NCBI GenBank assembly: GCA_030526935.1
Contig: JAUNBY010000003.1
Coordinates: 730-30,136 of the forward strand
Origin: Clostridia bacterium
GTDB lineage: Bacteria > Bacillota > Clostridia > Christensenellales > Aristaeellaceae
DNA length: 29,407 bases
Direction of reading: 5' to 3'
Shown here: in pieces, positions 8,068-16,337 of the stretch
Position numbering within the stretch: position 1 is the stretch's first letter
Layout: every line of letters begins with the position of its first letter
Translations under genes and position numbers: made by a program
Notes under the pieces: model-generated
Seen by the model: only the letters and a program-made list of their open reading frames with translations
Databases searched by the model: none
What the model was told of the DNA's origin: nothing

Positions 8068-8943
8068 ATGTTTCAGGGAAGCTACGTCGCCTTAGTCACG
8101 CCGTTCAACGAGGACGGGAGCGTGAACTTCGATAAACTGACCGAACTGGTTCAGTGGCATATAGCCTCGGGCACAAGCGGCATCGTCGCGCTTGGGACGA
8201 CCGGGGAATCGAGTACTATGACCCACGAGGAGGACGAGGACGTCGTTCGCTGCGTAATGCAGGCGGCTCGCCACAGAATCCCCATAATCGCCGGAGCAGG
8301 TTCCAACTGCACCGAAACCGCGATGATGAAAAGCCTCGCGTATGAAAAGCTCGGCGTTGACGGGCTGCTTCTCATAACCCCCTACTACAATAAGGCCAAC
8401 GAAAAGGGCATGTACAGGCACTTCGCCGATATAGCCGAACGCGTAAAAACCCCGATAATCATGTACAACGTCCCCGGCAGGACGGGCTGCGGCATGTCCA
8501 CCCAGTGCGTCGAGGCGCTCAGCCGGTTGAAGAATATAAAGGCGCTGAAGGAGGCGAGCGGCAGCATATCATACGTCGCGAAGGTCGCTCGATATATAAG
8601 CGATGACTTCGAGCTTCTGTCCGGAAACGACGATATGATCGTTCCTCTGATGTCGCTTGGCGGTTCGGGCGTCATAAGCGTATTCGCGAATATATGCCCC
8701 GGCCAGACGAGCGCCATCGTCGAAAATTGCCTTGAGGGAGATTATAAAACCGCGGCGGCAATGCAGCTGCAATATCTGGATCTCATAAACGCCCTGTTTA
8801 TAGAGGTCAATCCCATACCCGTCAAAGCCGCGATGAACGCCATGGGTATGAACGTCGGGGGCTATCGCCTGCCGCTTTGCGAGATGGACGAGGATAACTA
8901 CAAAAAGCTTATAAGCGCCATGAAGGTGCTGGAGGATCGATGA
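8068..8943 (+). CDS. dapA: 4-hydroxy-tetrahydrodipicolinate synthase
   Basis: GTTGES, LITPYYNK, MYNVPGRTG, Schiff-base ALKEASG and NPIPVKAA motifs. Confidence 0.97.
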   Translation: MFQGSYVALVTPFNEDGSVNFDKLTELVQWHIASGTSGIVALGTTGESSTMTHEEDEDVVRCVMQAARHRIPIIAGAGSNCTETAMMKSLAYEKLGVDGLLLITPYYNKANEKGMYRHFADIAERVKTPIIMYNVPGRTGCGMSTQCVEALSRLKNIKALKEASGSISYVAKVARYISDDFELLSGNDDMIVPLMSLGGSGVISVFANICPGQTSAIVENCLEGDYKTAAAMQLQYLDLINALFIEVNPIPVKAAMNAMGMNVGGYRLPLCEMDEDNYKKLISAMKVLEDR

Positions 8944-9656
8944 AGTGCGTAATTTCCGGCCACGGCCGAATGGGTAAAATGATAGAGGATATGCTCCTGG
9001 AAGCGGGAGACGAAATACTGGGCATAGTCGACATAGACCTGTTTCAAAACCCGGCTGATATACCGGGAAAAGCCGACGTGCTCATAGACTTCTCTCATCC
9101 CGACTTTCTCGAAATGAACCTAAAATACGCCCGCGAAACGGGCTGCAACATGGTCATAGGTACAACCGGGCTTGACGGCGGGCATCTGAATATGATAAGG
9201 GAGGCGTCGAAAAGCGTAGGCATAATACAAAGGGCAAATTATTCGCTCGGCGTTTACGTGCTCACGCAGGCCGTAAAGATGGCGGCGCCGTCTCTGAAAT
9301 CCGCGGGGTTCGACATAGAGATAGTCGAAACCCATCATAATAAAAAGGTCGATTCCCCGAGCGGAACGGCTAAACTCCTGCTCGACGCCGCCGATCCCGA
9401 GGGCTATTATGAAAGGGTGTACGGGCGCGAAGGCATGGTTGGCGCAAGGGGCAAAGAAATAGGCGTTCACGCCATACGCGGCGGAACCGTCGCGGGCGAG
9501 CACAGCGTTTACTTTTTTGGCGATGACGAGATTCTTGAATTTAAGCACTCGGCATCCAGCCGTCGCATATTTGCCTCCGGAGCCGTCCGCGCCGCCAGAT
9601 TCATGGTTGGAAAACCGGCGGGGCTTTACGATCTGGGCGATGTATTAAAAATCTGA
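8940..9656 (+). CDS. dapB: 4-hydroxy-tetrahydrodipicolinate reductase
   Basis: GxxGRMG-like N-terminus, [27 protein letters not shown] and [12 protein letters not shown] motifs; ATGA overlap with dapA. Confidence 0.96.
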   Translation: MKCVISGHGRMGKMIEDMLLEAGDEILGIVDIDLFQNPADIPGKADVLIDFSHPDFLEMNLKYARETGCNMVIGTTGLDGGHLNMIREASKSVGIIQRANYSLGVYVLTQAVKMAAPSLKSAGFDIEIVETHHNKKVDSPSGTAKLLLDAADPEGYYERVYGREGMVGARGKEIGVHAIRGGTVAGEHSVYFFGDDEILEFKHSASSRRIFASGAVRAARFMVGKPAGLYDLGDVLKI

Positions 9657-9659
9657 TTT

Positions 9660-9686
9660 CGACGGCGGGGATTTCCTCGCCTGTCG
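9660..9686 (+). other. Intercistronic hairpin between dapB and dapH
   Basis: CGAC-GGCG-GGG / CCT-CGCC-(T)-GTCG stem, no U-tract, directly before the dapH RBS. Confidence 0.45.
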
Positions 9687-9702
9687 TGGAAAGGCGGATA
9701 TA

Positions 9703-10395
9703 ATGGACGCGAACGAAATCATCCAATTCATACGCGACGCCAGGAAAAAGACGCCTGTCAAGGCGTATGTAAAGTGCAAAAAGCCGTTTGACGCCAAGGG
9801 CGTCAAACGCTTCGGCGCGGGCGATATGATACTCATAGGCGAATGGCTCGACGTCGAAAGGGCGTTATCCGAAAACAGCGCCGATATAGAAGACGTCGTC
9901 ATCGAATGCGAAACGCGCAATTCCGCCGTTCCGCTTCTCGACATCAAGAACATAAACGCCCGCATAGAGCCGGGCGCCATAATCCGCGACCGGGTTGAAA
10001 TAGGCGATCGCGCCGTCATAATGATGGGCGCCATTATCAACATCGGCGCCTGTATAGGCGAGGATACCATGATCGACATGGGCGCGGTATTGGGCGGTCG
10101 CGCTATCGTCGGCAATCGCTGCCACGTGGGCGCGGGCGCGGTATTGGCGGGAGTCGTGGAGCCGGCGAGCGCCACGCCCGTGGTAGTCGAGGACGACGTC
10201 CTCATAGGAGCCAACGCCGTGGTCATAGAGGGCGTGAGGATAGGCGCGGGTTCTGTCGTCGCGGCGGGAAGCGTCGTTATAAAAGACGTTGCTCCCAACA
10301 GCGTCGTCGCCGGAGTGCCCGCCCGCGTCATAAAACAGAAAGACGAAAAGACGTCGGCTAAAACCGCGCTTGTAGACGCGCTGAGGCAGCTATAA
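9703..10395 (+). CDS. dapH: 2,3,4,5-tetrahydropyridine-2,6-dicarboxylate N-acetyltransferase
   Basis: DapH-type N-terminus ([10 protein letters not shown]...[10 protein letters not shown]), [20 protein letters not shown], hexapeptide repeats, [11 protein letters not shown]. Confidence 0.95.
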   Translation: MDANEIIQFIRDARKKTPVKAYVKCKKPFDAKGVKRFGAGDMILIGEWLDVERALSENSADIEDVVIECETRNSAVPLLDIKNINARIEPGAIIRDRVEIGDRAVIMMGAIINIGACIGEDTMIDMGAVLGGRAIVGNRCHVGAGAVLAGVVEPASATPVVVEDDVLIGANAVVIEGVRIGAGSVVAAGSVVIKDVAPNSVVAGVPARVIKQKDEKTSAKTALVDALRQL

Positions 10396-10413
10396 ACTAA
10401 GGGGGTATAAAAA

Positions 10414-11697
10414 ATGTCACACATAGAGACAAAATGCGTTCAGGAGGGGTATAAACCCGAAAACGGCCAGCCGAGGGTTTTGCCGATCTATCAGTCGACG
10501 ACTTATAAATACGATTCCTCATCTCACGTAGGGGATCTTTTCGACCTCAAGGTTCCGGGCCATATGTACACGCGCATATCCAATCCCACAACCGCCTGCG
10601 TAGAGGAAAAGATAGCCGCGCTCGAGGGCGGAGTGGACGCCATATGCACCTCCTCCGGTCAGGCGGCGTCGTTCATGTCAGTATTCAACATCACGGGCGC
10701 GGGACAGAACTTCGTCTGCTCGAGCGCCATATACGGCGGAACCGTCAATCTGTTCAACGTCACTATGAAGCGCATGGGCATAGAGGTGCGCTTTATAGTT
10801 GACGGAATGTCCCCCGGCGAAATCGACGCGCTTTTCGACGAAAACACGCGTCTCGTCTTCGGCGAGACCATAGCCAATCCAGCGCTCAAGGTGCTCGACA
10901 TAGAAGCTTACGCCGATCTCGCGCACAGGCACGGGGTACCTCTTATAGTGGACAATACCTTCGCCACCCCCGTCCTTTGCCGTCCCTTTGAATACGGGGC
11001 GGATATAGTCATTCACTCGACGACCAAATATATGAACGGCCACGCGAGCGTCGTGGGCGGCGCGGTAATAGACAGCGGAAATTTCCAGTGGACCGATAAA
11101 TACCCAGAACTTACTACTCCCGACGAGAGCTATCACGGCTTGGTATATACCGAGCAGTTCGGCAAAAAGGCGTATATCGAAAAGGCGCGCGTACAGATAA
11201 TGCGCGATTTGGGGATGACGCCCGCTCCCATTAGCATGTTCATGCTCAACGAGGGGCTTGAGTCGCTGGCGCTTCGCGTCGACCGCCACAGCCAAAACGC
11301 CCTCGCCGTCGCCGAATACCTGGCGGGCGACAAGCGCGTCTCCTGGGTCAATTATCCGCTTCTCAAAGGAGATACGGAATACGAGAAGGCTAAGAAATAC
11401 CTGAAAAGGGGCGCTTCGGGCGTCGTTTCCTTCGGCGTAAAGGGAGGCCGCGCCGCCGCGATGAAATTCATGGATTCGCTCAGGCTCGCGAATATCGTCG
11501 TTCACGTTGCCGACGCCAGAACCTGCGTTTTGCATCCCGCGAGCACGACCCATCGCCAGCTCACCGACGAACAGCTTGCCGCCGGCGGCATATCGCCCGA
11601 CCTCGTTCGCATGTCGATAGGCATAGAAAACGTTGAGGATATCATCGCCGACATCGACCAGGCGCTGCGACGCGCGGAGGAAGCGCAATGCCTATAA
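10414..11697 (+). CDS. metY: O-acetylhomoserine aminocarboxypropyltransferase (sulfhydrylase)
   Basis: [29 protein letters not shown]-lysine [38 protein letters not shown]. Confidence 0.94.
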   Translation: MSHIETKCVQEGYKPENGQPRVLPIYQSTTYKYDSSSHVGDLFDLKVPGHMYTRISNPTTACVEEKIAALEGGVDAICTSSGQAASFMSVFNITGAGQNFVCSSAIYGGTVNLFNVTMKRMGIEVRFIVDGMSPGEIDALFDENTRLVFGETIANPALKVLDIEAYADLAHRHGVPLIVDNTFATPVLCRPFEYGADIVIHSTTKYMNGHASVVGGAVIDSGNFQWTDKYPELTTPDESYHGLVYTEQFGKKAYIEKARVQIMRDLGMTPAPISMFMLNEGLESLALRVDRHSQNALAVAEYLAGDKRVSWVNYPLLKGDTEYEKAKKYLKRGASGVVSFGVKGGRAAAMKFMDSLRLANIVVHVADARTCVLHPASTTHRQLTDEQLAAGGISPDLVRMSIGIENVEDIIADIDQALRRAEEAQCL

Positions 11698-12641
11698 GAA
11701 TACCTAACGATTTGCCGGCAACCGGCGTATTGTTAAACGAGAACATATTCGTCATAACCGAAACGAGGGCGCTTACTCAGGACATAAGGCCGCTTAGAAT
11801 AGCGCTGTTGAACCTGATGCCCACGAAGGTCGTCACGGAGACGCAGTTCGCGAGACTTCTCGGCAACACGCCGCTTCAGGTGGAACTGACCCTTTTGCAG
11901 ACGCGCTCGCATAAGTCGAAGAACACCTCGCAGGAGCACATGCTCGCGTTTTACAAGACCATAGACGACGTGTGCGACGAGAAGTTCGACGGGATGATAA
12001 TAACCGGCGCGCCGGTCGAGCAGATGCCCTTCGAACAGGTCGATTACTGGTCGGAGCTTTGCGACATAATGGACTGGGCGAAAAATCACGTACACAGCAC
12101 CATGCACATTTGCTGGGGCGCTCAGGCGGGTCTTTATCATTATTACGGCGTCGAGAAGATACCGCTTGAAAAAAAGCTGTTCGGCATATATCCGCACGTC
12201 GTCACGCGGCGCTCGTCGATGCTTCTGCGCGGCTTTGACGACGTGTTCATGGCTCCTCATTCGAGGCACACTTCCATACGCGAGGAGGATCTTGAAAAAG
12301 TCGAAGGCTTAAAGCTACTGGCCCGTTCCGAGCAGGCGGGCGTGTACGCCATGGCCACTGACCTGGGACGCCAGATATTCATAACCGGACACAGCGAATA
12401 CGATTTTGATACGCTTGAAAAGGAGTATCTGCGCGACAAAAATGCGGGACTGCCAATAGAAATGCCCGTCAATTACTATCCCGGAAACGACGAGAGCAAG
12501 CGCCCGTTATCGACCTGGCGCGGTCACGCGAATCTGCTGTTTTCAAACTGGCTTAACTACTACGTCTATCAGACCACGCCATACGACGTAAACAGCATCA
12601 GCTTCAGCTATAAAACCACCCCCGTCGCGGGAGAGCATTAG
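11688..12641 (+). CDS. metA: Homoserine O-acyltransferase of the MetA family, predicted acetyltransferase
   Basis: MPIRIP start, LNLMP, Cys142 (ICWGAQ), His235/Glu237 (TGHSEY); Glu at position 111 (GAPVE). Confidence 0.95.
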   Translation: MPIRIPNDLPATGVLLNENIFVITETRALTQDIRPLRIALLNLMPTKVVTETQFARLLGNTPLQVELTLLQTRSHKSKNTSQEHMLAFYKTIDDVCDEKFDGMIITGAPVEQMPFEQVDYWSELCDIMDWAKNHVHSTMHICWGAQAGLYHYYGVEKIPLEKKLFGIYPHVVTRRSSMLLRGFDDVFMAPHSRHTSIREEDLEKVEGLKLLARSEQAGVYAMATDLGRQIFITGHSEYDFDTLEKEYLRDKNAGLPIEMPVNYYPGNDESKRPLSTWRGHANLLFSNWLNYYVYQTTPYDVNSISFSYKTTPVAGEH

Positions 12642-12656
12642 ATCTTTCGGGATGTT

Positions 12657-12695
12657 AAAGGGTGAACCCCGCTCATATAAACGGGTTCACCCTTT
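12657..12695. terminator. Bidirectional intrinsic terminator between convergent metA and ileS
   Basis: AAAGGGTGAACCC / GGGTTCACCCTTT 13-bp inverted repeat with A and T ends. Confidence 0.8.
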
Positions 12696-12732
12696 TGTGT
12701 ATGAAAAGACTTTATACGTATCGGAGCGCATC

Positions 12733-12760
12733 GCGGGTATGAAGCGCTGCTTCATCCCGC
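12733..12760. other. Second hairpin just downstream of the ileS stop
   Basis: GCGGG-(T)-ATGAAGC-GCT-GCTTCAT-CCCGC. Confidence 0.55.
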
Positions 12761-12777
12761 CCTTTACGCGTTCAACG

Positions 12778-15700
12778 CTATGCCCTTACTATTCCAAGCG
12801 TAGCCTTTTCCGTATTGATGGGCCACTGCTTTACTATGCCCTGAGGCGTCGCGCGCTCGACTCTCTTAGCGAGGACGGCGGCTTCGATGGTCGCTTTGTG
12901 GTTTTCAATTATATCCGACAGGTAATCGTCGGCCTCATAGGTTACAACAACCCTGTCGGTCACTTCGAGGTCGGACTCCTTTCTCATTGTCTGGAGTTTG
13001 CTTATGATTTCGCGCACGAAGCCCTCGTCTACAAGCTCCTTCGTGAGATTGGTATCTATGACCGCGGTAAAGTCGCGGTCGGACTCGGCGACGAAGCCCG
13101 GCTTCTGCGCGGGAGATGTGAGCACGTCGTCCTTGCCAAGCTCGACGTTTACCCCGTCTACCTCGAAAACCAGCTTCTCCCCTCTCTCGAACAGGTCGAC
13201 GACTTCATTTCCGTCCATTTCGGCAAGCGCCTTGCCGATTTTTCCGAGAAGCTTTCCGTAGCGCGGGCCTATAGTTCTCATCTGCGGCTTGAGGTTATAG
13301 GTTGTGAAGGCGCGGGCGTCGTCAACAAAGGCGACCTTCTTGACGTTCAATTCCTCGGCTATGAGCTTTGACATCTCATCGTTGAGCTTCGCGCCTTTTA
13401 CGTATATCGCTCCCAGCGGCTGGCGAACTTTGAGGTTCGCGGTATTGCGGGCGCTTCGGCCAAGCTGCACTATGCTTATGACCTTCTCCATATCCCCGGT
13501 CAGGTTCTCGTCGATGAGCGCGGGATCGAATTTCGGGTAATCGCACAGATGCACCGATTCGGGCGCGCCTTTTATGGTTCCCGCGACGAGATTCTGATAC
13601 ATCGCCTCCGTCATGAACGGCGTGAACGGCGCAAGAAGCTTCGAAAGCTCCGCCAGAACCGTATACAGCGTCTCGAACGCCGCGAGTTTGTCCCCCGCGA
13701 GTCCCTTTCCCCAGAAGCGCTCGCGGCAGCGGCGAACGTACCAGTTGGACAATTCATCGACAAACGCAGCTATGGATCTCGAGGTCTCGGTTATTTTATA
13801 CTCGCCAAGCCCCTCGTCAACAAACCTGATAAGCTCGTGAAGCTTCGAAATGGCCCACCTGTCCATAAGCGAGAAATCCGCTTTGTCGGCCTTCTGCTTT
13901 TCAGGATCGTAGCCGTCGATGGAGGCGTATAGAGTGAAAAACGCGTAGGTATTCCAAAGGGTTCCCATGAACTTGCGCTGCATCTCGCTTACAAGCTCGC
14001 TTGAAAACCTCGTGGGCAGCCACGGCGCGCCGTTGGCGTAGAAATACCAGCGAGTGGCGTCCGCGCCCTGTTTGTCAAGCACGGACCACGGGTCTACGAC
14101 GTTGCCCTTGTGCTTGGACATCTTCTGGCCTTCCGCGTCCTGAACGTGCCCTAAAACTATGCAGTTCTCAAAGGGCGCGCGTCCGAAGACGAGCGTGCTT
14201 ATGGCGATGAGCGTGTAGAACCAGCCGCGCGTCTGGTCTATGGCCTCGGAGATGAAGTCAGCGGGGTAGTACTTCTCGAAGACCTCTTTGTTCTCAAAGG
14301 GATAATGCCACTGCGCGAAGGGCATTGAGCCGGAATCGTACCAGCAGTCAATGACCTCGGGTGTGCGGCGCATATTTCCGCCGCATTTGGGGCACTTAAT
14401 GGTCACCTCGTCGATATAGGGCCTGTGAAGCTCTATATCCTCAGGTACATTGTCACCCATCTCAATGAGTTCGCGGCGCGAGCCGATGACATGAGTATGT
14501 CCGCATTCACACACCCATACCGGAAGCGGCGTTCCCCAATAGCGCTCGCGCGAGAGTCCCCAGTCTATGACGTTCTCGAGGAAATTTCCCATGCGGCCGT
14601 CCTTTATATTATCCGGCATCCAGTTGATAGAACTGTTGGAGGCGAGCAATTCATCGCGTATTTTGGTCATGGCGATGAACCAGGTGGATCTGGCGTAATA
14701 TATAAGCGGCGTGTCGCAACGCCAGCAGAAAGGATAGTCGTGCTCGAACTTTTCCGTCTTTACGAGAAGCCCGGCCTGTTCCAAATCCCTTATTATCATG
14801 GGATCGGCGTCCTTCACGAAAACTCCCGCCCACGGGGTTTCACCGGTCATGCGCCCGCGCGTGTCGACGAGCTGCAAGTGCGGAAGGTCGTTGAGTCTGC
14901 CCACGCGCGCGTCGTCCTCGCCGAAGGCGGGAGCTATGTGAACGATTCCCGTGCCGTCGGAGGAAGTGACGTAGTCGTCGGCTACGACATACCACGCGTT
15001 CTTGTCCACTAGCCCCTTCTGAAAGGCAAAAAGCGGCTCGTATTTCATACCGACAAGCTGCGCGCCTTTCATAGTCGATATGACCTCGTATTCGGCGTCG
15101 GCTCCCAAAACCGCCTCAAGGAGCGACTTTGCCATTATTATGATCCCGCCCTCGAACGATACGCGGGCGTATACCTCATCGGGATTGACGCAAAGAGCCA
15201 CGTTGCTCGGAAGCGTCCATGGGGTGGTCGTCCAGGCGTAGAGCCATGTGTTTTCCTCGTCTGTGACCTTGAACCGAACGAAGGCGCTTTTTTCCTTGAC
15301 GGTCTTATAGCCCTGGGAAACCTCGTGGCTGGACAACGCGGTTCCGCAGCGCGGGCAATAGGGAACGACCTTATAGCCCTTGTACAAAAGCCCCTTTTCG
15401 AATATTTGCTTAAGCGACCACCATTCGGATTCTATATAATTATCCTCATAGGTGATATAGGGATCCTCCATATCGGCCCAGAAACCTACGCGGTCGCTCA
15501 TGCGCTCCCATTCCGCCTTGTACTTCCAGACCGACTTTTTGCACTCCTTTATAAAAGGCTCTATGCCGTATTTTTCTATCTGCTCCTTGCCATCCAGCCC
15601 CAATTGCTTTTCGACCTCAAGCTCCACGGGCAAACCGTGGGTATCCCATCCGGCTTTTCGAAGAACCTGTTTTCCCTTCATCGTCTGATACCGGGGAATA

Positions 15701-15900
15701 AGATCCTTTATCGCGCGGGTCTCTATGTGGCCTATATGCGGCTTTCCGTTTGCCGTCGGCGGGCCGTCGTAAAACGTGAAGACGTCGCAACCGCTTCGAA
15801 GATCGATTGTCTTTTTAAATATCTGCCTGTCCTTCCAGAATTTTTCGACGTCGATTTCGCGCTGGGTAAAGTTCATGTCAGCCGGAGCTTTCTTTATCAT
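12778..15900 (-). CDS. ileS: Isoleucine--tRNA ligase, type 2 (IleRS2)
   Basis: DGPPTANGKPHIGH, GWDTHGLPVE, CP1 AWTTTPWTLPSN, DWGLSRERYWGTPLP, ADFISEAIDQTRGWF, KMSKHKGN; no IleRS1-type C-terminal zinc finger seen. Start moved from 15987 to ATG 15900 (GGAGGG RBS; the extension lies in the T-box). Confidence 0.97.
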   Translation of the reverse strand: MIKKAPADMNFTQREIDVEKFWKDRQIFKKTIDLRSGCDVFTFYDGPPTANGKPHIGHIETRAIKDLIPRYQTMKGKQVLRKAGWDTHGLPVELEVEKQLGLDGKEQIEKYGIEPFIKECKKSVWKYKAEWERMSDRVGFWADMEDPYITYEDNYIESEWWSLKQIFEKGLLYKGYKVVPYCPRCGTALSSHEVSQGYKTVKEKSAFVRFKVTDEENTWLYAWTTTPWTLPSNVALCVNPDEVYARVSFEGGIIIMAKSLLEAVLGADAEYEVISTMKGAQLVGMKYEPLFAFQKGLVDKNAWYVVADDYVTSSDGTGIVHIAPAFGEDDARVGRLNDLPHLQLVDTRGRMTGETPWAGVFVKDADPMIIRDLEQAGLLVKTEKFEHDYPFCWRCDTPLIYYARSTWFIAMTKIRDELLASNSSINWMPDNIKDGRMGNFLENVIDWGLSRERYWGTPLPVWVCECGHTHVIGSRRELIEMGDNVPEDIELHRPYIDEVTIKCPKCGGNMRRTPEVIDCWYDSGSMPFAQWHYPFENKEVFEKYYPADFISEAIDQTRGWFYTLIAISTLVFGRAPFENCIVLGHVQDAEGQKMSKHKGNVVDPWSVLDKQGADATRWYFYANGAPWLPTRFSSELVSEMQRKFMGTLWNTYAFFTLYASIDGYDPEKQKADKADFSLMDRWAISKLHELIRFVDEGLGEYKITETSRSIAAFVDELSNWYVRRCRERFWGKGLAGDKLAAFETLYTVLAELSKLLAPFTPFMTEAMYQNLVAGTIKGAPESVHLCDYPKFDPALIDENLTGDMEKVISIVQLGRSARNTANLKVRQPLGAIYVKGAKLNDEMSKLIAEELNVKKVAFVDDARAFTTYNLKPQMRTIGPRYGKLLGKIGKALAEMDGNEVVDLFERGEKLVFEVDGVNVELGKDDVLTSPAQKPGFVAESDRDFTAVIDTNLTKELVDEGFVREIISKLQTMRKESDLEVTDRVVVTYEADDYLSDIIENHKATIEAAVLAKRVERATPQGIVKQWPINTEKATLGIVRA

Positions 15901-15912
15901 ATCTATGCCCTC

Positions 15913-16258
15913 CCATAAAAATAAGCCCAAGTCCACAATGGGACGAAGGCTCGCGGTACCACCCAAATTGGCGCTTAAAGCGCCCACTTTAGCCGCTATA
16001 ACGGGCGAACCCGGACAAAGCCTAAGTAAAAGGGTGACAAAAGCCCATTTTCATCCTCCGCGCCAGGAGATATGGCGCTAATTAAGGGTTTTCGGCGACA
16101 TATGTCGCGGCTTAATTCAAAGAAATGGGGCTTTTGGCAGTTCATTACCTTCAGCCTGCGGCTCGGAGGTGATTCCCCGCGAAGCGTCAGACCGGACTTT
16201 CACCATACTCCGGCTCGCTTACATCCCCTTCGCGGGCGCTCCCCGTCAGCGCCTTTTA
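15913..16258 (-). ncRNA. T-box riboswitch (transcriptional), Ile AUC specifier
   Basis: On the minus strand: stem I with GA motif (CTGACGG...CCGAG), AGCGAG bulge and TGGTGAAA distal loop; specifier GAATC (ATC at 16173-16171); CCGTTA stem IIA/B motif; stem III GGCGC-TTTAA-GCGCC; T-box AATTTGGGTGGTACCGCG (15969-15952); antiterminator partner CGTCCC; terminator hairpin followed by TATTTTT. Confidence 0.95.
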
Positions 16259-16262
16259 TAAT

Positions 16263-16290
16263 ATTATACCCATATGTGTGCGTAAGGCAA
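16263..16290 (-). promoter_or_regulatory. Sigma-A promoter of the T-box-ileS transcript
   Basis: TTGCCT (16290-16285), 16 bp, TATAAT (16268-16263), immediately before stem I. Confidence 0.7.
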
Positions 16291-16337
16291 GTAAAAACGA
16301 CAAATTTAACGAGTGCAAAGCCGTTCCGAGTTGCCGT

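Noticed and set aside
9970-10330. Repetitive GC-rich sequence in dapH
   Set aside because: Explained by the hexapeptide repeats of the left-handed beta-helix.
10678-11688. 336-aa ORF antisense to metY
   Set aside because: Shadow ORF of a well-supported gene; no RBS or motif.
12652-13371. 239-aa plus-strand ORF overlapping the ileS 3' end
   Set aside because: Starts inside the terminator hairpin and runs antisense to ileS; no RBS or motif.
16035-16139. T-box insert as a bona fide MITE or IS remnant
   Set aside because: The roughly 16-bp inverted repeats are imperfect, I see no target-site duplication and there is no second copy in the window. Kept only as one hypothesis under the T-box finding.
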